DNA from: Octopus sinensis | Lineage: Eukaryota | Direction: 5' to 3' | Assembly: GCF_006345805.1 (NCBI RefSeq) | Contig: NC_043000.1 | Coordinates: forward strand, 43,028,001-43,092,000 | Length of the DNA stretch: 64,000 nt | Shown: positions 1-10,696 of the stretch, piece by piece | Numbering within the stretch: position 1 is the stretch's first letter | Layout: each line of letters opens with the position of its first letter | Notes under the pieces: generated by a model | Seen by the model: only the letters and a program-made list of their open reading frames with translations | Databases searched by the model: none | What the model was told of the DNA's origin: nothing | Translations under genes and position numbers: made by a program

Positions 1-954
1 GTGAATAGAAACTATATAGACAGGTAGTTAAGGAGGTGGGGATGAAGAAAGATATTGAATGAAAACTAAACTATAAACTCATCTCGAAGCACTTTAACTT
101 AATCAACAACTTGTTTGTTTTAGCAACGACAAAAGTCACTTCCGTTTTCTAACTCACCCACGCGCTTCGATACATCTCATGTTTATTTTTTATTTTTGCT
201 TTGTTTTAATTTCATTTCATCATTTTTTTTTGAATTTATTCATTATAATTTTTTATCTCATTTTGTATGAAGAGATTTCCTGAAATGACTAATAGTTGAT
301 TAATTTTATTCTTCCCAAACACAAAGTTTACGACTATATTCACCTCGAATACGCAATTTGTACGTTAGAGGATGGGAAAGCTATAATTTATGAGTTTGAG
401 TTTCGAAGTGTATACATACGTGTGTGTATGTATTCTAGAGTGAACAAGCCATCTTTAAGATAGCATGTTTGACATAGGTTTGATATCATTGCATCATATA
501 TTCCTATAGTGTAAATGCATAAGTATACATAGGTACTACTTAAGAAGAGTGGTCCCGGTGCGCGCACTCGCGCATCCGCGCTAGCTAGTCGTAAGTAGTC
601 GATCCTACAACGATTACCAAGCAAAGTAAATAAAACACAAAATAAATAATTTTTTTTACACAAAGTAAATAATTTTTTTTAAACAAAGTAAATAAAACAA
701 AAACACAGAGTAAGGATCGACTAGTCACGACTAACTACATATGTCGTCAAAAATTGAGCCCATGTCATTCACAGTATTGACACTCTTTCGGTGCAAACCG
801 AATGAAAGAAGTTTATTCTTTGTTTATACACAACAGTTTTATAATTGAATATGGTAACATACAAAAGGAAAGAGAAGAGAAACAAGCTATGTAGATACAT
901 AATAGTAATTAATGTAATGTTAGTATTACTTATGGTGAATAAATGGGCATATAT

Positions 955-1135
955 ACACAAATGTACCCCACCTACTTTGTTTCCTCATAACTTCCACAAA
1001 AATGGTTATTTTTTAACGAAATTTTCTAGAAATATGTTTCACATGGCGTAGAATCCGCTTATATCTAAATTTCTTGTGATAAAGACGTTTCGGGGAAGTG
1101 TGGACAGAAGATTCAAAAAATTCACTAGAGTCGGC
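955..1135. repeat. Old interspersed repeat, second copy at about 2718-2900
   Basis: acaaatgtaccccacctactttgtttcctcataacttcc... aligns by eye with acaaatgtgccccaccagctttgtttcgtcataacttcc... at 2720; family unclassified. Confidence 0.55.
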
Positions 1136-1245
1136 TTTGTTTCCTCATAACTTTCGAAAAAAATGAGTATTTTAAAATCAAAATATCTACAAATGCCTTT
1201 CAGCGTGTCTTGAGTACAATACAAACTGGTGGGATAGAACACATA

Positions 1246-1758
1246 CCGTAAATCCTTGAGTATAGTCCGCTCTTGAGTATAATACGCAGGGGATTTTTAG
1301 GGGGCTGTACCTCTGAAAAACCTAAACCTTGTGTATAATACGCACCCCTTCTCTAACTTGAGTCAACGAGGTCTATATAACGTCCTTGGTTTGTAAAAAT
1401 GTATACGATAACGTCCTTTATTATTATTGTATATATAACATAATGCAAACGTGTAGCTTTTTTGTGCATTTTGTTTGCAGAAAATAAAGAAATAACAGTA
1501 ATAATGTTTAATAAATGTTGCTTACTGCAAGTTATTTATGATTCTTTTATGACTTCATTGCTTTCAGGCTTAGCTTAAGGTATTTTCGCGCCCGACATCA
1601 CAAAATGCGTCTGAATAAAAGTTGCAGGACAGCAAATAGAGACTCGGACATTGCTTAGAAAATATTTTTTTATTTTTAACCTCGTATATAGTATGCACTA
1701 GGGATTTTAACCTTTAAATTTTGGGGAAAAATTGCGGATTATACTCGAGGATTTACGG
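1246..1758. mobile_element. Non-autonomous Tc1/mariner-superfamily MITE (Tc2/pogo-like CCGTA termini)
   Basis: 25-bp TIRs (ccgtaaatccttgagtatagtccgc / gcggattatactcgaggatttacgg, 2 mismatches), TA on both sides (1244-1245, 1759-1760), subterminal gtataatacgca repeats, no ORF. Confidence 0.88.
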
Positions 1759-2256
1759 TACATATTGACATACACGTATGTATACACTTCAAAACTCACT
1801 CATAAATTATAGCTTTCCCATTCTCTAACGTACGAATTCCGTATTCGAGGTGAATATAGTCGTAAACTTTGTATTCGGAAGAATAAAATTAATCAACTAT
1901 TAGTCATGTTAGGAAATCTCTTCATACAAAATGAGATAAAAAATTATACATATTGTTCACAAAAGTTATTTCATAACAAATTCCGATATAGTCTGACTAG
2001 ACACCATCTGTAGGGTGTTTTTAGAAAATTGCACCAGAAAATATCCATCTTTCTGGCAAGAAATTGGTTAAGGCACTTGTGTGAAGTACGGTACAGCGAA
2101 TTCCAGCCGACTACTTAAATTTGAGGGAAAATAGAATGCTCTTAAGAGAAGCTCTAGCTACAATGTAGGGTTTTTTCTCCTTTGCTCATATATATATATA
2201 TATATATATATATACACGAACTCACTTAAAGAATCTTGCAAACCAAATGCCAAAAC

Positions 2257-2420
2257 GGTGGCTTTGTGGTAAGTACCTTGCATACGAACACATGATTCCG
2301 GGTTCAGACCCACTGCGTGGCACCTTGGGCTAGTGTCTTCTACTATAGCCTCGGGCCGATCAAAGCCTTCTGAGTGGATTTGGTAGACGGAAACTGAAAG
2401 AAGCTCGTCGTATATATATA

Positions 2421-2472
<52 letters not shown>

Positions 2473-2685
2473 TTGTGTGTCAGTGTTTGTCTCACCAACA
2501 TCGCTTGACAACCGATACTGGTGTGTTTACGTCCCCGTAACTTAGCGGTTCGGCAAAAGAGACCTCTAGAATAAGTACTGGGCTTACAAAGAATAAGTCC
2601 TGTGGTCGATTTGCTCGACTAAAGGCGGTGCTCCAGCATGACCACAGTCAAGTGACTGAAATAAGTAAAAGAGTAAAGAGTAAAA
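2257..2685 (+). mobile_element. tRNA-derived CORE-type SINE, near full length
   Basis: tRNA-like head (tggctttgtggtaag...gggttcagaccc), CORE-like ccttgggctagtgtcttctactatagcctc, internal (TA)n/(TG)n, 3' hairpin tail and gagtaaa repeats. Confidence 0.85.
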
Positions 2686-3691
2686 TAGTATACATGTATA
2701 AAGCCTTGCGTATACATATACAAATGTGCCCCACCAGCTTTGTTTCGTCATAACTTCCAGTAGAATGAATATTTTTCAATTAATGTTTCCACAAATATGC
2801 TTAAGAGGGTCTTGATTCAGATTATATCTGAATTTGTTGCGAAAAATGTATTCAGGGGGTGTGGGGAAAGAAGATACAGAAAATTGTTACAGGTCGGCTA
2901 TCAAGAATTCGGCTACTTCTTCCTTCCAGGCTACAGAACGGCAGTAACAGGAAAGCTACTTCTTAAAATGTAAATAAATTTGTGAATAGCAGCACAACTT
3001 ATTTACAAAATACTACATCCAAATCAGAGTGGGTAGAACTGCCAGATAGGTTGGGGGCGGTTTTCAATTCGACTCCCTGAACTGAGTTCAAGATCTACTG
3101 ACATCAACTTTAACATTCAACATTTCGGGATTGTTAAGACGCTGGAATGGCGATATTATTAGAGTGTTGAATTTTGAATCTACTCCCGCGAATTTATTAA
3201 CCCACTCAGCAGTAGATTGTCTTCATTCCATTGTCCATGCCAAGTGTGTTCACAGATAAGTTATTTTCCTACGCGTGATGTCAAGTGATCGCGCTACTTG
3301 AACCAGACTTTTATAAATTGTTGGACTGAGTAGCACAGAGACCGAACTTACGTCATCTAGCTAAAATATTACACTTAACAACTGAAACTTAATGGTTGAA
3401 ACAGTGTGACAATGATAATCAAGATGAGGCAATTAGTCCGAATGTATTAGTGCGTAACACTTGTCTCTGGTTAAGATACAAGACCAGCAAATTCGTGAGA
3501 TGTGGCCAGTCGACAGCACCGACCTAGTAATTGACTGACACTTTATTATATCGACCCTGGGAATATTGAAAGCAAAGTTGACCTCGACGGAATTCGAATT
3601 CGGAAGGTAAAGAGCTTGAGGCAATACCACAATGCAGTTTTCCGACGCTTTCACAATTCTGTCAGCTCAATCTCTTATAATAATCCTTTCT

Positions 3692-3899
3692 ACATTAAGG
3701 CGCCGAGCTGGCAGAATCGTTGGCACACCCGGTTAAGATACTTAGCGGCAATTCGTTCGTCTTTACGTTCTGATTTCAGATTCTGCGGAGATCGATTTAC
3801 CATTAATTATTTCCAGGTCGATGAAATAAGTACCAATAAAGCATTGGGGTCGGTGTAATAGAGTTTACCCTGAAAGTGCTGCCAAAATTTGAAGCTAAT
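3692..3899 (+). mobile_element. tRNA-derived SINE of the family with central gcctttcatcctttcggggtcgataaaataagtacc domain (Meta-like), diverged
   Basis: Head ggcgccgagctggcagaatcgtt, core ggtcgatgaaataagtacc; aligns with the many other copies in the window. Confidence 0.75.
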
Positions 3900-4312
3900 G
3901 TTAGTTAGTTAGTTAGTTAGTTAATTTGGCTCAAAAGCAAATAGCAAGGCCATGTAGGGAGGTGTTCATGTAAAGAGTTCAGGCCACTTGAGGTCCAGGG
4001 AGGCTTTGAACAAAGCGGTCGTCGGCATCTTCACCATCTCGTCTGGCAGCTTGTTCCACGGATCCGCAACCCGGACGGAGAAAGCTCCTCTCCTTCGATT
4101 GAGATGAAATCGTCGCAGGTAGAGCTTTTCGGAATGACCCCGCAGCCGACGCTCCGGAGCAGTAGTGAAGAACAGCTCTTTCGAGAGGTTACACTTCCCG
4201 CTTATGATGTTGTGGGCGAGAATGAGATCACCACGGCGGCGGCGTTTTTCAAGAGAATAAAGGTCGAGCGTGCTCAGCCTTTCTTCGTAGGACAAATTTT
4301 TGTCCTACGAAG
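3900..4312 (-). mobile_element. 5'-truncated CR1-clade LINE (ORF2 C-terminus, 3' UTR and (TAAC)n tail)
   Basis: ORF 3966-4295 SYEERL..LDLYSLEKRRRRGDLI..LRGHSEKL..FSVRVADPWNKLP..FKASLD is the typical CR1 C-terminus; ttag repeats at 3901-3922. Confidence 0.92.
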
Positions 4313-4510
4313 AATCCCTGCTTCTGATTACAAGGTCAATCAATTTAGAGGGAGGGATCTAATTGATTACATCGACACCAGTACTTGGCTTATACTTGTT
4401 TTCTCGACATCGAAAGGATGAAAGGCAAGAATCGACCTCAGCGGAATTTGAACTCAGCGTATAGCGAAGAAAAATACCGCTAAGCATTTTGTCTGACGTG
4501 ATAACAATGA
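4313..4510 (-). mobile_element. Meta-like tRNA SINE
   Basis: Reverse-complement core cgaaaggatgaaaggcaagaatcgacctcagcggaatttgaactc. Confidence 0.8.
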
Positions 4511-6061
4511 CGATTCTTCACCTTAGAAATTCAGACAAAATTTATCATAATTGTCTCGAGCATATGCCATACCTTTTGGGGAAGGGGTTAGTAATTTCCA
4601 TCAGTCCCAACTAGTTCTTACTAGAACGTCTTTTTTTCTTTGCATTGATGAATAATGAAAAGCAAACTCAGTTTGAGCGAGATTTGAACTTCACAATCAG
4701 GTCTCACCCGAGGCTAAGCAGCGAAAGTTCGTTTTGTCTTTCTCGATCGCGATTAAAATAACAGCTCAGATACCCACCATGGAGTTACTGAAAGAGAGAT
4801 GGAAGGATACAAAATTACTGCCTTAAGAAGAAAAATTGTTACTTTCCTAGACAAGTCTATCTTTGTCAGCTGACAATGTGATGAAAATGAAAAATAAAAA
4901 TACCAATAAATTATTTTTAAAAAAATATAAAAATAGAAACTAAAATGTAGATTTGATCATAAACGGCAAAGAAAATAAAAAGTATTTCTGAATCAAATTT
5001 TCTCGTTAAGTCAGGTAATACAAATATTAAATAGCAACTGACATTAATGCGATAGACACCTTGAAGACAAACGTATCTTATCTCTTTACTTCTCAAGACG
5101 ATGTCATCACAAAGTCTGTGTAAAGATGTATAAGTCTTAAAGAAGTTGTCAGAGAAACAATAAAAACGTACTTCACGTGAAAATTTCATTGTATAACCAT
5201 ATTGACACACACTTTCCTTCCCTCTCTCTCTCTATATATGTATATGTGTGTGTGTATATATATGTATACATACACACACTTTTATTGACATGAGTCATCT
5301 GAATGTTGCCATATAACGAATAGAGAAGTTAACTTACTTATATAAGGATGCAAATCAATGCACCAATTTATAACTTGATTCTCGAGGTTATAAGAATTAT
5401 AAACGCGGAGAGAACGTGAAATAATCCTTCTTTGTAACGTATCTTAAAGCAAATAAAAGGTTTAAAGAATAGCGCGTAAATCGTCAACAAAACCCTTCGG
5501 ATAGAAAAAATAGACAAAGGATAATTGTGAGACTTGGACCTACATTTCCTCTAAAGCAATCCCTCGAATTTCTGTATGTGTTTTACAAACCTTATACTAA
5601 CCAGCGAGAAATCCTTGTTGACGTCAAAATTCTTAAACTTGAGAGAAGGTGAAATAATAATTTTTGCGATAATGGTTCTCGAAGCAGATACAACTATAAA
5701 TGGAGAAATTCAATAAATGTCTTTGCTCCACTAGCATTATGTATATACGTATATCCTAAGGTAAATATGCATACATGCATACATACATACATACATACAT
5801 ACATACATACATACATACATACATACATACATGTATATATATATATGTATATATATATATAGGTGAATGAATTATCCTATGTTTACCGTCAACATGGAAA
5901 ATTCGATGAACCGATACCAGGGCAGCAAATTCTCGTCAGAAACACGGTTGAAGCAACCTGTCCAAGGCTAGAAACTCCGGGTTCATGTGCAGAAATTTGT
6001 GTGTTATATATGAATAAATAAATGAATGGAGTTGAACGAAGATGTTAACAAAATTCCTTTA

Positions 6062-6143
6062 CTCTTGATATATGTATCGAAGACAACATGGTTTTATTCC
6101 AAAGGAATAAACGGTGCAAGATGCAATCTTCTCATCAGGAAAG
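6062..6143 (-). ncRNA. Decayed type-I hammerhead ribozyme with extended helix II
   Basis: Minus strand: CUUUC CUGAUGA GAAGAUUGCAU..AUGUUGUCUUC GAUA CAUAUA UC AAGAG; 11-bp helix II; A14, G16.2 and the helix I junction are mutated. Confidence 0.6.
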
Positions 6144-6215
6144 AAAGGGAGCCTCTCTCAACAACAAGACAAACAAAAATTGCGATGACTGCCTACATGG
6201 TAAACAAAACGATAA

Positions 6216-6391
6216 TCCGCCGAGGTCAATTCTTGCCTTTCATCCTTTCGATGTCGAGAAAACAAGTATAAACCAAGTACTGGTGTCGATGTAATCAACT
6301 AGATCCCTCCCTGTAAAATGATTGACATTGTGACTAGAAGCAGGGATTATTGGCTTCAAATTTTGGCAGCACTTTCGGGGTAAAGTCTATT
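6216..6391. repeat. Inverted duplicate of the SINE-SINE junction at 3857-3899 + 4313-4445, lacking the CR1 insertion
   Basis: 176 bp, colinear without gaps, about 13 mismatches by hand count, shares idiosyncratic variants (ttctcgacatcgaaagg, ggcaagaat). Confidence 0.88.
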
Positions 6392-6470
6392 GTCTTCGAA
6401 ACGTCGAGAGTAAAGGAATTTTGTTAACATCTTCGTTCAACTCCATTCATTTATTTATTCATATATATAT

Positions 6471-6533
<63 letters not shown>

Positions 6534-6692
6534 TATATATATGAATATGTTCTTAGCATTCTCGAAGTTTCAGCTCGGCATTGTATCTATTGCTGACTGT
6601 AAATACGCCTGCGCGCGATATTTGAAAAATTATAGCATATAATGATGGGAACGTGTTATCTTGTCTCTGAGTTATAAGCTAGTTGTTTAGGC

Positions 6693-6804
6693 CGGTTACT
6701 GACGAGGATTCGCGTGGGAGATAATATGGTCTTGCTAAATTATCTATTAAAAGATAGCAAACGATATTATTCTGCTAAAGTAATCCGAAACCATGGTATA
6801 ACCG
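6693..6804 (+). ncRNA. Type-I hammerhead ribozyme, intact core, long helix II insertion
   Basis: Helix I CGGUUA(6693-98)/UAACCG(6799-6804); CUGACGA 6699-6705; helix II GGAUU/AAUCC around 71 nt; GAAA 6787-90; palindromic helix III ACCAUGGU; cleavage triplet GUA (after 6798). Confidence 0.85.
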
Positions 6805-7011
6805 TTATATAACAAGGTAAAGGCTTTTATTTTTCATTTACTTCGAAATTTGCTATAAAATTGTGGTTTTTTGGCCGTGTTGGCTGCTATTTCTAGCATG
6901 CAAAATTACCTATTAAAGGGTAATTTTCTATTTTGAAATACGAATATGTTGTCTTTTGACTTGTTATACATGCTAGGCCACTGGTGGTGATATTTATAAC
7001 GAGTATTCGCC

Positions 7012-7057
<46 letters not shown>

Positions 7058-7228
7058 GTTTTGGTATCCAGAAGACTCAAAACGCAGGTAAGTGCTACGG
7101 AAGGTTCGATAACAGTATGAGTAAGTAGTCTAATGAGGGTCATGTGTGAGCGTGTGCATGTTAAATAAAATGTGACAAGAAAGCCAAGGCAGTGTGAGAT
7201 TTCTAGGACATTTATAAAGAGAAAGGTA

Positions 7229-7276
7229 GTCTTACAGCTGTTTCAGGGATATAAGATATATCCCATCACCAGAGAC
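7229..7276 (-). ncRNA. Type-I hammerhead ribozyme motif, core variant
   Basis: Minus strand: GUCU CUGGUGA U GGGAUAUA UCU UAUAUCCC U GAAA CAGCUG UA AGAC; all three helices pair; A6 changed to G and U-U at the base of helix II. Confidence 0.75.
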
Positions 7277-7291
7277 GATATGAGAGATGAT

Positions 7292-7462
7292 ATAAGGAAA
7301 TAATAGAGTTCAATATAAGATGTTATTTTGGAAGGGGGGGATATAGGAAGTATAAAGGGAAATATGAGTATAGAATAATTTTATACTTATATTTCTCTTT
7401 ATACTTCCTATATCTCCCCCTTCCAGAATAACTTCTAATATTGAACTCTCCTATTTCCTTAT
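7292..7462. repeat. Long inverted repeat, 82-bp arms, 7-nt spacer
   Basis: 7292-7373 vs reverse complement of 7381-7462, about 9 mismatches by hand count. Confidence 0.92.
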
Positions 7463-7989
7463 CGCTTGGAATTAAAGCTTGTCAGTAGTAGCTACTCCGT
7501 CGCCCATTGTTAAGTCAAAACCTACCGGTTAGTATATAGTATTTATCATATGGATCAATGGGTGATTCAGTAAAATGGTAATGTGAAAATTATAAAATAA
7601 CGAGGTGGCTAGACCAATATAGAACCAGAAAGGAAAAATTCAATTGTCGTTAATAGTCACTGAGAGCACAGGGTAGCACTTGCATTGCTAGAACCAAAAG
7701 TCGAAGACCCTTATATCCACAAAAAGCACATTGTTTTTCTACTGGCAGGAAAGACGACCGCCCCACAGCACTGGTTATATAGCGTATGTAGAATGAAATA
7801 CTTTGTATTTGAAATCGAAATCTATAAGATCTTAACGGTTTTAATTCGTAAACATTATTAAAATGATGCCGGTGCATGAAGTTTTATGAAAATATTTATT
7901 TTCCGTTACCTTACAAATACCTTGCCTCGATGAGCAGGGTAATGATAAATCCAAAATTATGCGAAGTAAAGTTTGTGTTTGGGTTCTCT

Positions 7990-8480
7990 TCATTGTTTAG
8001 TAGTAATTGCTGAGACAGATAGAATGATGTTGTAAGAGAACAGAATTAGAGATAGTGAGAATTGTAGGATGTGGGACGTTGCTGACAGTAAACTTCATTT
8101 CTCCCTCTGACCAATGTTCTAACTTGTCAGCCAGACTTCGTTGAGTCGTCACCGACTGTGACTAACTGATTTTTGCTTGGGGTATGCTTGCTTATATAAC
8201 TATACAGAAAGATAGGTATATCATTGAGAACAATAGATTTAGTTGGTGGTCTTGTTATCTCTATTCTAGCTTTTGGTGAAGTAGAAGCGGTTAGAAAGAG
8301 TCAAGTGGTGAAGACATTATTTCGGCCTAGCTAAAAGTATCTGGAAAATGTAAAACTGCTGTCAGAGAAAACCATTGTTCCATCGTGGGAATAGTTCTGT
8401 AGCAGTGTTAATTTAAATTTGGCTATGGTAGATCGAATCCAATTCATGCATGCAAGATTCGCTACAGATCATCATACTGT
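7990..8480 (-). mobile_element. Highly decayed APE-type LINE (CR1/Jockey-like) RT N-terminal fragment
   Basis: Frameshifted similarity to the GPDGIP..LF..SL..W..(NY)RPISIL region (NVPHPTILTIS); many stops. Confidence 0.3.
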
Positions 8481-8787
8481 TTCGTTAATGCTGTCCTTCG
8501 TGTTTAGTTGAATAAAAATAAGGAAGAAATGTAAATGAGTTTGTTTAAAAGGGTAAGGAAATCAAAATTAAAGCAAAGGAAATCACCGTGAGTCACTATT
8601 GAACATGGCATGAAGTGAATGAACACATACACCATAAAAATATATAAAAGCATTATTTTAACGCTGCGCACGAACTTTTTCCTCAACCTAATATTTTATG
8701 ATTGGAATAACGGTTAGAATAATGCATTTACTGACACGCTGATACAGGAATGAAAGTGGTTATATATATAAATATATATGTATGTAT

Positions 8788-9172
8788 ATAAAGCTGAAGT
8801 TGTCTCTGTGTGTGTGGCAGGTTTGGTAGCCTTCAACTAACACTATCTCCTCCGAGACCCTGCGGTGCAAGTTGACAAAAATTGAGAGTACGATAGAAGA
8901 AGGCTTGGTCTTCATTCCGTAGGAAAAAAATTCAAATCGGACCATGTTAACACCAAAAAATATTTACATCAAAAAGGTGCTTTTTTTTCTATGAAAATCC
9001 CTATTTTTTACAACATTTTGACTGCTGTGTCGCCATTTTTCGGTGTATTTCAATCAGAAAAATGTTCCCTTGAAGAGAATAACAAGCTACATAATGCAAA
9101 AGTTTTACTTTTCAAAAATTCCAATTCTAAAGGGTGGAAACAAACCCGAGCAACGCCGGGCTGTACTGCTAG
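8788..9172 (+). mobile_element. Non-autonomous Helitron-type element
   Basis: 3' hairpin cccgagcaacgccggg (9145-9160), terminal CTAG (9169-9172) followed by T; 5' tatataaagctgaagttgt resembles the copy at 30.39 kb. Confidence 0.75.
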
Positions 9173-9870
9173 TATAAGCTATTGTTAACGGTATAGAAAT
9201 ATTTTCTGTTTCTAAAATTATACAAGTTATATTTTCTGTGAACATAGTTTGCATTCTTTCTTAAATTCTTAAACGGCAGTCGAGTAAATGGGGCACTGGG
9301 AAAAGCAAAAAACGAAAAACGAAAATGTACACACACATACACACACACGCACACACAAATATATGCATATATGTATATATAAATATCTAAATACTCATAC
9401 ATATATACACATACAGCCAGAGAAAAAATTATATTAGATTCTGAAAGTAGAAAAGTTGATGCTTGAGTTTGTCAATATAAATATATAATTGTATGTGTGT
9501 TGAAATGTATGTTTGTGTATATGCATGTACATATGAAAACATGTTACTTTTTCAATGTATGTATAGAAATATGTCTGTCTGTGTGTTTGTGTGTGTGTAT
9601 TATTCATATTTATTTTATACATCAGCACATAAACAATCTTTCAAAGACGATATTTATATATCAAAACGATGTGTGTTTATCAGGAAATATCATTTGTTAT
9701 TCACAGAACTTAAGCGTGACACATTTTTTTGCCTATGAAATCATTTATTTACAAAATTTAATATAATACGTAAGTACGTATGCATATGCACACATATGTA
9801 TGTATGTGTGTGTGCGTGCGCGCGCGTGTATACATACCCGCCCCCAACTACACACACACACAAGTACATA

Positions 9871-9930
<60 letters not shown>

Positions 9931-10696
9931 TATATATATATGTATATATATATATATAAGACATGTACGTACGTAAGTACACACACACTCATATGCGTGT
10001 GTACGTATATGTATATGTGTGTGTGTTTGTGTGAGTGAGTGTGTGCGCGTTTATAAACACACACATACATATGTAGATATACTTATATATCTATATCATG
10101 CGTATATCGGTGTATATGCATGTACATACATCCATACATTCATATATACATACACATACATACATACATATATATATATATATATTTATCTATGTCACTA
10201 TGAAAGTTTATAAATACTTACATGTATACACACACACATACACTCACTCACATATGTATGTGTGGATATACATGTCATTTGAACAAGGAGATGTTTGGAC
10301 ATTGATTTCAGAGTTTCGCCTTCAATGCCGTCATTACACCGAGGGCAGCCAATAACCTGAATCTTCGAAATAATTTTGCTCCTTTTCCTTATCCTTTTAA
10401 AAAGCATTATGTGATCCTTAACAGGCACAAACTTCACTTACACATATAAACAGTCAATAACACGCAAACACCACACATACACACACATAGTATCACGTTA
10501 TTACACACACATTTGCGAGCACGCACATAGCCACACATACACACCGATACCTCCTTCTCTTGCACTCTCCACTCTTAGAAGGAACTTTTTCTTCACCCAT
10601 TCCTTTCCGGTCATTTCAAAATGAAATACATGTGGATCGTTGGCGATTTTTTTCTCTCCATCTTCCTTTTCTCTTGGACTTTTCTCTGTGTCTCCT

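Noticed and set aside
2990-3340. Possible decayed APE endonuclease fragment (INFNIQH, SSDRA)
   Set aside because: Only two short motif echoes in inconsistent frames
5885-5948. CUGACGA with a following hairpin on the minus strand
   Set aside because: No GAAA after the stem; it may be a very decayed member of the 6-7.5 kb cluster but is not supportable
9433-10355. Many 60-170 aa ORFs rich in YI, CV, TH (also 28.3, 50-51.7 and 55-56.7 kb)
   Set aside because: They are translations of (TA)n, (TG)n and (CA)n microsatellites
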